Positions 1 through 8,315 of a stretch of DNA of 24,903 nucleotides are shown here, piece by piece. Where the stretch lies: contig JAGGZP010000021.1 in assembly GCA_021161965.1 (NCBI GenBank), forward strand, positions 1-24,903, written 5' to 3'. Under the pieces are notes generated by a model. That model was not told the DNA's origin and searched no databases. It saw nothing but the letters and a program-made list of their open reading frames with translations. Position 1 is the first letter of the stretch, and every line of letters starts with the position of its first letter. This DNA is from a bacterium (GTDB taxonomy: Bacteria > Patescibacteriota > Patescibacteriia > UBA2591 > JAGGZP01). A program made the position numbers and the translations under genes.

Positions 1-82
1 AAAAACTGGCTTTGATCCAAATAATTCTGATCCAAAAGCAAGATTACTAAATTTAGAAAAAGAAATTGAGAAAATAAAATAA
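1..82 (+). CDS. 3' end of an upstream gene cut by the window edge (KTGFDPNNSDPKARLLNLEKEIEKIK*)
   Basis: Open frame from position 2 to TAA at 80-82. GFDPNNSD resembles the acidic Ca-binding repeat in the next ORF. Confidence 0.5.
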   Translation, partial: KTGFDPNNSDPKARLLNLEKEIEKIK

Positions 83-91
83 AAAGATAAG

Positions 92-145
92 ACCTATAAG
101 TCCTATAGGTCCTATAAGTCCTATAGGTCTTATAGGTCCTATAAG
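92..145. repeat. Intergenic tandem array of six 9-bp units, consensus TCCTATA(A/G)G
   Basis: acctataag tcctatagg tcctataag tcctatagg tcttatagg tcctataag, read directly. Confidence 0.95.
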
Positions 146-167
146 ATTTATTTTTAATAATTTTGGT

Positions 168-1721
168 ATGTTTGAAGAAATTGACAGAAAAGAAGAAAAA
201 AATTTTAATCAATCGGAGGGTAAATTTGAAGGCAAAAAAGAATCTAAAGAAATACCCGATGAGGAATTTATTTCGGTGATGCCGGAGAGATTTAGAGAGG
301 GAAAAATTGAATATGTTAAGAAAAAAAAACGTGAGATAAGCAAGGAGATAAAAAAGGAAAAACCAATTACAAAAAAGACAAAATTTGGTTTAACTATCTT
401 TTTAGTACTTATTATAATTGTTGGTGCAGGAATTGGTTTTTATTTTTGGCTAAAATCATATTTAGGTCCGACACCGGTTTTAAAAAGACCAAAAGAAAAA
501 ACGCCTGTTATAACACGAAAAGAAGAGACAATACCGGAACGAAAGTTATCTGCTGAAGTTAGAAATAAAGAAAATAAGCTGTTAAGTCAAGCAACACTTT
601 ATTTTCCAAAAAATTCTTTAGAAGAGAAAGTAGTTGTTGACTTTAAAGGTGAAATGCCTCAAAATTTACCAACCTCTACTTATGATATTATTGGGGGGAT
701 TTATAAAATTGGCCCAGATATTCCTATTGTTTCTAAACCAGTATCTATTTCAATTAAATATAATAAAGATATTGTTAATCTTGACCAAGAGAAAAATTTA
801 AAAATTGGTTATTTTAAAGATGATCTTTGGACAATTTTGCCGACAAGTTTAGATACTTCTATCCAAACCGCTTCAACGACTTTAAATATTATTCCAGCAG
901 ATACATTTGCTCTAATAGTTAAGAAAACTAAAAAGGAAAAGCAAAAATTTAAAATTGCCCCACAAATTTCTTCAAGCCAAGATACGGATAAAGATGGTTT
1001 AACAGATGTTGAAGAACAAATATATCAGACTGGAATAAACAATCCAGATACGGATAATGATGGATTTCTTGATGGCGCAGAAATTTCTAATTTAAATAAT
1101 CCACTGGTTTCTGACCAAAAACTTGCTTTGTCAAATTTAATAAAAGTTTATACGAATAAAAAATGGAATTATTCAATATTTTATCCCGCGATGTGGATAG
1201 TTAAACCTTTGCCCGAAACAGATGAAACACAAGTAATGATTGTTACAAACACTGGTGAATTTTTCGAAGTTTCTGTTACAGAAAATCCTGATAAGTTATC
1301 AATAAAAGATTGGTATGCCCAGCAATCGCCTGATATTGATATTAGTGAAGCAGAATTAACAAATATTGCCGGCTATCCAGCTATTTGGAGTCCGGATAAA
1401 TTAAATCTTTATATCTTGAAAAATAACAATGTTTATATTTTAACTTATAATCTTGGTACAGAAAAAGAAGCGAATTTCAAGACAACTTTTCAAATGATGA
1501 TAAAAAGTTTTAATTTTTTAGAGAAGAAAACTTATACCGGAAACCGACCTGATGGAACATTAATAAAATATGCTAGTTCAACGACAGTTTATTTAATAGA
1601 GGATGGAAAGAAAAGACCAATATATTCAGAAGAAGTTTATGAACGTCTCGGATATAAAAAATGGAAGGTAATTACTATTCCTGATGACGAAACTTACCCA
1701 ACGGGCGAGATGATTAAATAA
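168..1721 (+). CDS. Membrane-anchored modular surface protein: one TM helix, possible ZU5-like beta domain, acidic Ca-binding repeats, PsbP-like domain, C-terminal domain of CPR surface-protein type
   Basis: 517-aa ORF. Hydrophobic helix FGLTIFLVLIIIVGAGIGFYFWL; DTDKDGLTDVEE and DTDNDGFLDGAE repeats; YTNKKWNYSIFYP (PsbP-like start); GTLIK...VYLIEDGKKRPI. Domain names are by recollection, not HMM search. Confidence 0.7.
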   Translation: MFEEIDRKEEKNFNQSEGKFEGKKESKEIPDEEFISVMPERFREGKIEYVKKKKREISKEIKKEKPITKKTKFGLTIFLVLIIIVGAGIGFYFWLKSYLGPTPVLKRPKEKTPVITRKEETIPERKLSAEVRNKENKLLSQATLYFPKNSLEEKVVVDFKGEMPQNLPTSTYDIIGGIYKIGPDIPIVSKPVSISIKYNKDIVNLDQEKNLKIGYFKDDLWTILPTSLDTSIQTASTTLNIIPADTFALIVKKTKKEKQKFKIAPQISSSQDTDKDGLTDVEEQIYQTGINNPDTDNDGFLDGAEISNLNNPLVSDQKLALSNLIKVYTNKKWNYSIFYPAMWIVKPLPETDETQVMIVTNTGEFFEVSVTENPDKLSIKDWYAQQSPDIDISEAELTNIAGYPAIWSPDKLNLYILKNNNVYILTYNLGTEKEANFKTTFQMMIKSFNFLEKKTYTGNRPDGTLIKYASSTTVYLIEDGKKRPIYSEEVYERLGYKKWKVITIPDDETYPTGEMIK

Positions 1722-1727
1722 TCCAAA

Positions 1728-2135
1728 ATGTTAATAGAAATTAATAATCAAACAAAAGCCAGAGTAAATCAAAAATATATTAGACTATTGTTAAGAAGAA
1801 TATTATTAACTATTGATAGAAAACTAAATATCTCAGTTGCTATAGTTGGCAGAAAGCTAATTAAAAGATTAAACAGAAAATACCGCGGGAAAAATAAAGT
1901 AACCAATGTTTTAAGTTTTTCTGGTCTGGAATTAAGTCAGGAAAAATTACCAAAGGGAGAAATTATTATTTGTTGGCCAGTTATTAAAAAAGAGGCAAAA
2001 GTTTATAAACGCTCAATAAAAGAGGAATTAAAAATTATTTTAATACATTCTGTTTTACATTTACTTGGCTTTGAACATGGTAAAAAAATGCGGAAAAAGG
2101 AAAAAAATTTGTTAAATAAATTAAGGTATGTTTAA
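1728..2135 (+). CDS. ybeY: rRNA maturation endoribonuclease YbeY
   Basis: LNRKYRGKNKVTNVLSF, GEIIIC and the H-x3-H-x5-H metal motif HSVLHLLGFEH; adjacent to dgkA. Confidence 0.93.
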   Translation: MLIEINNQTKARVNQKYIRLLLRRILLTIDRKLNISVAIVGRKLIKRLNRKYRGKNKVTNVLSFSGLELSQEKLPKGEIIICWPVIKKEAKVYKRSIKEELKIILIHSVLHLLGFEHGKKMRKKEKNLLNKLRYV

Positions 2136-2496
2136 TGCAAGACTATTAAAAAGGAGTTTTAAAAATGCTTGCCACGGATTAGTTTATACTTTTCGTTATG
2201 AACAAAATTTTCGTATAGAAATAGTAATTGCTATTCTGGTCTTATTTGCAACATTTTATTTTCCTCTAAGTTTAGCACAGAGAATAGTAATTCTACTTCT
2301 AGTTTTTTCTGTATTAATTCTTGAGATAGTTAATTCAATACTCGAGCGTTTAATTGATTTTTTGAAACCGAGAATAGACCAAAGTGCAAGAATAATTAAA
2401 GATATGGCTGCCGCCGCTCTTCTACTTGCAGCAATTGTTTCAGTAGTTATTGGAGTAATGATTTTTTATCCTTATATAAGACAATTGTTTTTGTAA
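2128..2496 (+). CDS. dgkA: Diacylglycerol/undecaprenol kinase family membrane protein
   Basis: EQNFRIE, LEIVNSILERLID, KDMAAAA motifs; three hydrophobic helices; overlaps the ybeY stop by 8 bp. Confidence 0.9.
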   Translation: MFNARLLKRSFKNACHGLVYTFRYEQNFRIEIVIAILVLFATFYFPLSLAQRIVILLLVFSVLILEIVNSILERLIDFLKPRIDQSARIIKDMAAAALLLAAIVSVVIGVMIFYPYIRQLFL

Positions 2497-2505
2497 TTTT
2501 ATCTT

Positions 2506-3732
2506 ATGCTATCAAATGACAATATAATCAATGCTTTAGATATTGGCTCAAGTAATATTAAGTTAGCTAGTGCACGTGTCGACGAACAAAAAAATTTACA
2601 TTTAATTGGAATAGTTGAAGGACCTTCAACAGGTATTAATAAGGGAATAATTACTGATATTGAGGATACAGTAGCAAGTATCTCACATTGTTTGGATAAA
2701 GCAGAAAAAATAATTGGTTTATCACTTGATCACGCTTTTGTTGCTATCTCGGGAACACATATTATCTCACAGGATTCTCGCGGTGTCATCGCTATTTCAC
2801 ACCCTGATGGTGAAATAAAAGAAAGCGATGTAGAGCGTGTTTTAGAGACGGCCCAAACTATTGCTACGCCCCCAAACTATGAAATTATTCATGTAATTCC
2901 TCGCTCTTTTACTGTTGATAATCAGCCCGATATTAAAGACCCAGTCGGAATGACAGGTATTCGTTTAGAAGTAAATGCACAAATTATTTTGGGATTACAG
3001 TCCCAGATTAAAAATTTACGTAAATGTTTATATCGCGTTGGTATCAAGGATGATGAACTAGTTTTTACTCCCATTGCCTCGGCTCAAGCAGTTTTAAATA
3101 AAAGACAAAAAGAATTAGGTGTTGCTGTTATTGATATTGGTGATACAACCACCTCAATAATTGTTTTTGAGGAGGGAGATGTTCTAGCTATAAAAGTTTT
3201 ACCAGTTGGATCGCGGCATATTACTTCGGATATTGCTATTGGTTTGAGAATATCAATGGATTTAGCTGAAAAAATAAAGATGAATTATGGTTCGGCAATA
3301 ATTGATAAAATAAGTAAGCATGAAATAATAAATTTGAATGAGTTAGATAAAAATGAAACGGAAAGTGTTAGTCGAAAAACAATTGTTGAAATAATAAATG
3401 CTCGTTGTGAAGAAATCTTTAAATTAGTTGATAATGAACTAAAAAAGATTGACCGAAGCAGAAAATTGCCGGCAGGAGTAGTTTTAACTGGTGCCGGAGC
3501 GAAATTAAGCGGATTAGTAAATTTGGCAAAAAAAGTATTAAAATTACCAGCAATTCTTGGAGTTCCCGGAGGTTTCCAGGCAGTTAATAAAAAATTTTTT
3601 GATCCGAAATATGCTACAGTAATCGGTTTACTTCTCTGGGGCAGAGAAATGTATCTGAAACCACAGAAAAGGATAAATAGATTTAATTTCGCCGATTTGT
3701 TCAAAAGATATTTTAAAAAAATATTACCTTAA
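2506..3732 (+). CDS. ftsA: Cell division protein FtsA
   Basis: DIGSSNIK, DPVGMTGIRLEV, DIGDTTT, GSRHITSDIAIGL, VVLTGAGAKL; directly upstream of ftsZ. Confidence 0.97.
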   Translation: MLSNDNIINALDIGSSNIKLASARVDEQKNLHLIGIVEGPSTGINKGIITDIEDTVASISHCLDKAEKIIGLSLDHAFVAISGTHIISQDSRGVIAISHPDGEIKESDVERVLETAQTIATPPNYEIIHVIPRSFTVDNQPDIKDPVGMTGIRLEVNAQIILGLQSQIKNLRKCLYRVGIKDDELVFTPIASAQAVLNKRQKELGVAVIDIGDTTTSIIVFEEGDVLAIKVLPVGSRHITSDIAIGLRISMDLAEKIKMNYGSAIIDKISKHEIINLNELDKNETESVSRKTIVEIINARCEEIFKLVDNELKKIDRSRKLPAGVVLTGAGAKLSGLVNLAKKVLKLPAILGVPGGFQAVNKKFFDPKYATVIGLLLWGREMYLKPQKRINRFNFADLFKRYFKKILP

Positions 3733-3738
3733 CCTAAT

Positions 3739-4878
3739 ATGGCAAGAAAGAAAAAAAATAAAATTGTTGGTAATACAAAAATAAAAGTTGTTGGAGTAGG
3801 TGGTGCTGGTTGTACAATAGTTACCAGATTAATGAAATCTGGAATGAGAGGTATTAATTTTTTAGCGATTAACACTGATGCACAGGCTTTAGCACATACA
3901 TCGGCTCATAAAAGGTTACGAATTGGTCGTTCATTAACTCATGGGTTTGGCACAGGTATGAATCCAGAGATTGGTGAAAAAGCAGCTGAGGAGAATAAAA
4001 AAGAGATTGCCGAGAATTTAAAAGGAACGGATTTATTATTTATTATTTCTGGTTTTGGAGGAGGGACAGGTACAGGAGCTACACCAGTTGTTGCTGAAAT
4101 AGCAAAAAAAATGGGAATTCTGACAGTATCTATTGTGACAAAACCGTTTTCTTTTGAAGGACGGCAGCGTAAAATTATTGCTGAACAGGGTTTAAAAAAT
4201 TTGATTTCTTATGTTGATACAAATATAACTATAAGTAATGACCGAGCTTTACAATTAATTGATAAAAACACACCTATACTTAATGCTTTCAATGTGGTTG
4301 ATGAAATAATAAGAAGTTCAGTTCAAGGGATTTATGATATCATCAATAAACCAGGATTAATAAATGTTGATTTTTCTGATATTAAAACTATCTTAAAAGA
4401 TAGTGGTCCTGCCTTAATAGGTGTTAGCGAAGAGAAAGGTGAAGGACGCTCATCTCGTGCCATTAAAAATGCATTAGAAAATCCTCTTTTAAATTTGCCG
4501 GTTAAAACAGCAGAAAAAATTTTGTTTATTGTTTTTGGAGGCGAAGATTTAGTTGTTTCAGAAATTAACGATATTGCTGAACAAATAAAAAAAATTTCCG
4601 CAGAAAATGCCAAAATTATATTTGGAACTGTAATTGACCATTCTTTTAATCAAAGATTAAAATTAACTATTTTGGCTACCGGTTTAGAGCTTGATTTTGA
4701 AAAAAAAGTACAACAAAGTATTTTAGAGACAAAAATAAAATTAAAAAAAGAACATCCTGAGGATAATAAAATAATATCCAAAGTAAAAGAAAAGAAAATT
4801 GAAACAAAAATACCAAATATTGTTATCGAAGACGAATTGGAAATTCCAACATTTATTAGAAAAAAACAAAAGATATAA
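3739..4878 (+). CDS. ftsZ: Cell division protein FtsZ
   Basis: NTDAQAL, GGGTGTG tubulin signature, FSFEGRQR, T7 loop GLINVDFSD, C-terminal core EDELEIPTFIR. Confidence 0.98.
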   Translation: MARKKKNKIVGNTKIKVVGVGGAGCTIVTRLMKSGMRGINFLAINTDAQALAHTSAHKRLRIGRSLTHGFGTGMNPEIGEKAAEENKKEIAENLKGTDLLFIISGFGGGTGTGATPVVAEIAKKMGILTVSIVTKPFSFEGRQRKIIAEQGLKNLISYVDTNITISNDRALQLIDKNTPILNAFNVVDEIIRSSVQGIYDIINKPGLINVDFSDIKTILKDSGPALIGVSEEKGEGRSSRAIKNALENPLLNLPVKTAEKILFIVFGGEDLVVSEINDIAEQIKKISAENAKIIFGTVIDHSFNQRLKLTILATGLELDFEKKVQQSILETKIKLKKEHPEDNKIISKVKEKKIETKIPNIVIEDELEIPTFIRKKQKI

Positions 4879-4939
4879 CATTTGTAATTTTATACGAATT
4901 ATATATTTTTGTTAATTTATATATAGTAAAGCAGATACT

Positions 4940-5605
4940 ATGCACCAATTAAATGCACAAGTAAGAAAAATAATCGGAAAAAAAGTGAAAAGATTACGTC
5001 GACAAAGTTTAATTCCGGCGGTTATATACGGACACAAAATAAAACCATTATCTTTAGTGGTTTCACTAAAAGATTTTGAAAAGGTATATAAACAGGCTGG
5101 TGAGAGTGATTTAATTGAGTTAAAAATTGATAATCAAAGACCAGTTAACGTTCTTATTCACGATGTACAACGTCACCCCGTGACTGACAGGATCATTCAT
5201 GTTGATTTTTATCAAATTAAAGCTGGCGAAAAAATAACCGTAGACATTAAACTAAAATTAGTTGGAGAGGCTCCAGCTGTGAAAGAGAAAGGGAATATTC
5301 TTGTCCCACAAATTGAAGAAATAAAGGTTGAATGTTTACCTAAAGATATTGTTCATGATATTGCGGTTGATATCTCGAATCTTAAAGAAGTTGGTGATAC
5401 AATCCGTATTAAAGATTTAAAAATTCCGCCAACATTGAAAATTTTAAATAAACCGGAAGATGTTGTTGTCACTGTTGAAGCGCCGATAAAGGAAGAAATT
5501 ACTAAACCGGTTGAGGAAGAGATTATAGAAAAACCAATGGAAACTAAAGAAAAAGAAGAAGAAAAAGAAGAAAAGGTAAAAAGTGAAAAAATAGAAGAAA
5601 AATAA
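4940..5605 (+). CDS. rplY: 50S ribosomal protein L25 (CTC type)
   Basis: LRRQSLIPAVIYG, VQRHPVTDRIIHVDFY, CLPKDI, acidic C-terminal tail. Confidence 0.95.
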   Translation: MHQLNAQVRKIIGKKVKRLRRQSLIPAVIYGHKIKPLSLVVSLKDFEKVYKQAGESDLIELKIDNQRPVNVLIHDVQRHPVTDRIIHVDFYQIKAGEKITVDIKLKLVGEAPAVKEKGNILVPQIEEIKVECLPKDIVHDIAVDISNLKEVGDTIRIKDLKIPPTLKILNKPEDVVVTVEAPIKEEITKPVEEEIIEKPMETKEKEEEKEEKVKSEKIEEK

Positions 5606-5619
5606 TTGTTGCTAAATTT

Positions 5620-6636
5620 ATGAAAAATAGCAGAAAAAGATATTTGTTATTAAAATTTGTATTCTTTATTTTATTTTTTCTTTTAGTAATTGGTGTCGCT
5701 TGTCTAAATAAAGATACTTCTTTGCAAAGTCACGAAAATAAGTTGATAGAAAATACAGGAAAGAAAGAGAATATAAGACCCCTTGACGGTCTTTATTATT
5801 TTGGAAAATATAAATTTTTGCCAATAGGTGTGATGTATGATAATTTAGATAAAGCGCGACCGCAAGCGGGACTTAGTTTTGCTTCGATAGTTTATGAGGC
5901 ACCAGTTGAGGCAGGAATTACTCGTTTTTTAGCAATTTTTGATACGGTAAGTTTACCGGAAAAAATAGGACCGATTCGTTCAGCTCGTCCTTATTTTGCC
6001 GAAATAGCTGAAGAATACAAGGGAATTTATGTTCATGCCGGTGGTTCACCGGAAGTATTACGCAAAATTAAAATGGGTTATTATGATTTTTATAATGTCG
6101 ATGATTTTAGTGCTCAGGGAATATATTTTTGGCGAGATTACTCAAAAAAGGCACCACATAATCTTTATCTAAATGTTAAAAAATTTTTGAATTCTTCTTG
6201 GGGAAATTTATCAGTAAAAGATTTTGATGCTTGGAAATTTGAAGATAGTAGTCAAAATAGAGGTAAGGTTAATAAAATAGAAATCAGTTACAGCGAACCT
6301 GTTGAATGGAAATATGATAATTTTAAAAATCAATATTTTAGATACCAAAATAATAAAAAATTCATTGACGAAAATGGCGAACAAATAAGTACAGAGAATG
6401 TAGTTATTCAAATTACTGATATCTCAATAATTGATGATGAGGGAAGAAGAAAAATAAGAATGAAAGGTGAGGGTAGGGCAGTGATTTTCAAAAATGGTAA
6501 GAAAATTTATGGTTTCTGGAAAAAATTAAAAAATGGTCGTACTCACTTTTTTGATAATGAAGGAAAAGAAGTAAAGTTTAATCGTGGAAGGACCTGGATT
6601 GAAATTGTTTCTAAAAATATTAGTGTTAAATATTAA
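5620..6636 (+). CDS. DUF3048-domain (YerB-like) exported protein
   Basis: N-terminal hydrophobic segment; ARPQAGLS, YEAPVEAGITRFLA, GPIRSARPY, HAGGS, APHNLY motifs. Confidence 0.88.
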   Translation: MKNSRKRYLLLKFVFFILFFLLVIGVACLNKDTSLQSHENKLIENTGKKENIRPLDGLYYFGKYKFLPIGVMYDNLDKARPQAGLSFASIVYEAPVEAGITRFLAIFDTVSLPEKIGPIRSARPYFAEIAEEYKGIYVHAGGSPEVLRKIKMGYYDFYNVDDFSAQGIYFWRDYSKKAPHNLYLNVKKFLNSSWGNLSVKDFDAWKFEDSSQNRGKVNKIEISYSEPVEWKYDNFKNQYFRYQNNKKFIDENGEQISTENVVIQITDISIIDDEGRRKIRMKGEGRAVIFKNGKKIYGFWKKLKNGRTHFFDNEGKEVKFNRGRTWIEIVSKNISVKY

Positions 6637-6639
6637 AAA

Positions 6640-6724
6640 GGAAGGGTGGCCGAGTGGTTTAAGGCGCAGGTCTCGAAAACCTGTTGGGATTTTTCCCTCG
6701 GGAGTTCGAATCTCCCCCCTTCCG
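6640..6724 (+). tRNA. tRNA-Ser(CGA), long variable arm, CCA not encoded
   Basis: Acceptor GGAAGGG/CCCTTCC; anticodon arm CAGGT-CT-CGA-AA-ACCTG; variable stem GGGA..TCCC; T-arm GGGAG-TTCGAAT-CTCCC; discriminator G. Confidence 0.97.
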
Positions 6725-6748
6725 TATTAAGAAGGTAAACAAATAAAA

Positions 6749-7228
6749 ATGATTGATGGTGTTAAAATCAAAAAGTTAGTTGTTCATCCTGATGTTGTGG
6801 AGAAAGGAGAAAGTATAAAAAAACTCGGTTTCTTGATAGAGGTTTTAAGGGCTGACGAGGGCTTAATAAAAAAATTTGGGCAAACTACTTTTACTGTTGC
6901 TTATCCTGGCACAATTAAAGCATTTCACTGGCATAAAAGACAAGATGATTTGTGGTTTGTTGCCTCTGGAACTGCCTTAATTGTTTTATATGATTTACGA
7001 AAAGATTCTCCAACAAAAGGACAAGTTCAGATAATTGAAGCTGGAGAGAATGATTATAAATTGATTCTTATCCCAAAAGGCGTAGCTCATGGTTATAAAG
7101 TTTTAAAAGATAAACCAGTTTTGCTTTTTTATCATACAACCGAACCCTATAATCCTAAAAATCCTGATGAGGAAAGAATTCCATTTAACGATTCAAAAAT
7201 TGGTTTTGATTGGAAGAAATATAATTAA
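6749..7228 (+). CDS. dTDP-4-dehydrorhamnose 3,5-epimerase family (RmlC-like cupin)
   Basis: IKAFHWHKRQDDLWFV and LILIPKGVAHGY cupin motifs. No other rml genes in the window. Confidence 0.85.
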   Translation: MIDGVKIKKLVVHPDVVEKGESIKKLGFLIEVLRADEGLIKKFGQTTFTVAYPGTIKAFHWHKRQDDLWFVASGTALIVLYDLRKDSPTKGQVQIIEAGENDYKLILIPKGVAHGYKVLKDKPVLLFYHTTEPYNPKNPDEERIPFNDSKIGFDWKKYN

Positions 7229-7235
7229 AGATAAC

Positions 7236-7244
7236 TTATCCACA
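7236..7244 (+). promoter_or_regulatory. Perfect DnaA-box sequence TTATCCACA just upstream of the 23S promoter
   Basis: Exact 9-mer in an intergenic position; single copy; function unproven. Confidence 0.45.
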
Positions 7245-7253
7245 GATTTATTA

Positions 7254-7281
7254 TTGACAATTTTTAATTTTAGTCTATAAT
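7254..7281 (+). promoter_or_regulatory. Sigma70-type promoter of the 23S-5S unit
   Basis: TTGACA (7254-7259), 16-bp spacer, TATAAT (7276-7281). Confidence 0.9.
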
Positions 7282-7401
7282 TTTTCTCGAAATGTTTAAT
7301 TTTATGAAAAATATTTATTTAAGTAAATTCCATCCAAGCGGGTGATTTATAGACCGTATTTTTCAATACAAAACTAACCGCTTGGAAGCGGTTTTTTCAT
7401 T

Positions 7402-7413
7402 TGCTCTTTACAA
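7402..7413 (+). promoter_or_regulatory. boxA-like antitermination element in the 23S leader
   Basis: TGCTCTTTACAA versus E. coli rrn boxA TGCTCTTTAACA; preceded by a hairpin at 7376-7393. Confidence 0.7.
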
Positions 7414-8001
7414 TTTTGATTCTTAGTGGGGCAATTTAGAAAGCTACAGGGCATATGGTGGATGCCTTGGCACCAAGGGCCGATGAAGGACGTAGCAGCC
7501 TGCGATAAGCCTCGGGGAGGTGGCAAGCAACCTTTGATCCGAGGATTTCCGAATGGGGAAACCCAATGCAGATTAAACTGCATTATCCATCTCATTGACC
7601 GAGATGGAGGGGCACCTGGGGAATTGAAACATCTTAGTACCCAGAGGAAAAGAAAACAAAAGTGATTCCCTAAGTAGTGGCGAGCGAAAAGGGAAGAGCC
7701 TAAATCTTATAAGACCTAAGTCCTTGAACTGAGTTTGCTTTGTGCAAGCTCAATCTCGGATGAAAGGGTGTAGGCCCAAAATGTCTTATAAGAGGTTGTG
7801 GGATAAGTAATGTTCTGCTTCCTACAAAGCAGAGTAAATAAGGGTTCCTTAGAAGAAAGACCTGGAATTGGTCTACCAAAGAAGGTGAAAGTCCTGTATT
7901 CGAAAGGGAGCTTCTTGTTTATAATTACTTAATCCCGAGTAGTGCAAAACTCGTGGAATTTTGCATGAATCAAGGTGGACTATCACCTAAGGCTAAATAC
8001 C

Positions 8002-8047
<46 letters not shown>

Positions 8048-8105
8048 TAGCCCGGTGAGGGCGGTGAAATAGTACCTGAAACCATATGCCAACAAAGAGT
8101 CGGAG

Positions 8106-8315
8106 TCCCGCACCTTTCAGACATGTATTTGACAAAATATTCAGCACTCCTAATAAGACAATTATTTTGAATAATAATGAAGTTTTTTGCTTACTTACAA
8201 AAAGTCGTCAAATACCAAGATATTTGATAATAATCCTAATTGTTTTGACTAGTTCTTTGCGAAAATAAAAAGTTCTGTAAAAACTGGCGACTTTTTATGT
8301 CTGAAAGGTGCGGGA
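8106..8315 (+). other. 210-nt intervening sequence (IVS) in 23S helix 25, apparently non-coding
   Basis: AT-rich insert between conserved GTCGGAG and TGACGGCG, closed by a perfect 19-bp stem (8106-8124 tcccgcacctttcagacat / 8297-8315 atgtctgaaaggtgcggga). Confidence 0.92.

Noticed and set aside
92-145. CRISPR interpretation of the repeat clusters (also 19041-19324)
   Set aside because: Units are 7-10 bp, abut without unique spacers, and there are no cas genes.
3466-3477. tgccggcagg in ftsA resembling the trmD palindrome
   Set aside because: It encodes the normal LPAGVVLTG motif, with no insertion.
3739-3830. FtsZ N-terminal loop GGAGCTIV lacking the usual Asn, considered as an inactive paralog
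   Set aside because: The tubulin signature, T7 catalytic residues, C-terminal core and ftsA linkage are all intact.
8086-8268. 60-aa ORF through the helix-25 IVS, considered as an IVS-encoded protein
   Set aside because: It starts in conserved rRNA upstream of the IVS and shows no four-helix-bundle motif. All three reverse frames of the IVS contain stops.
8125-8296. Helix-25 insert as a second group I intron
   Set aside because: No P7 or catalytic core, no U-G splice-site pair, no terminal G.
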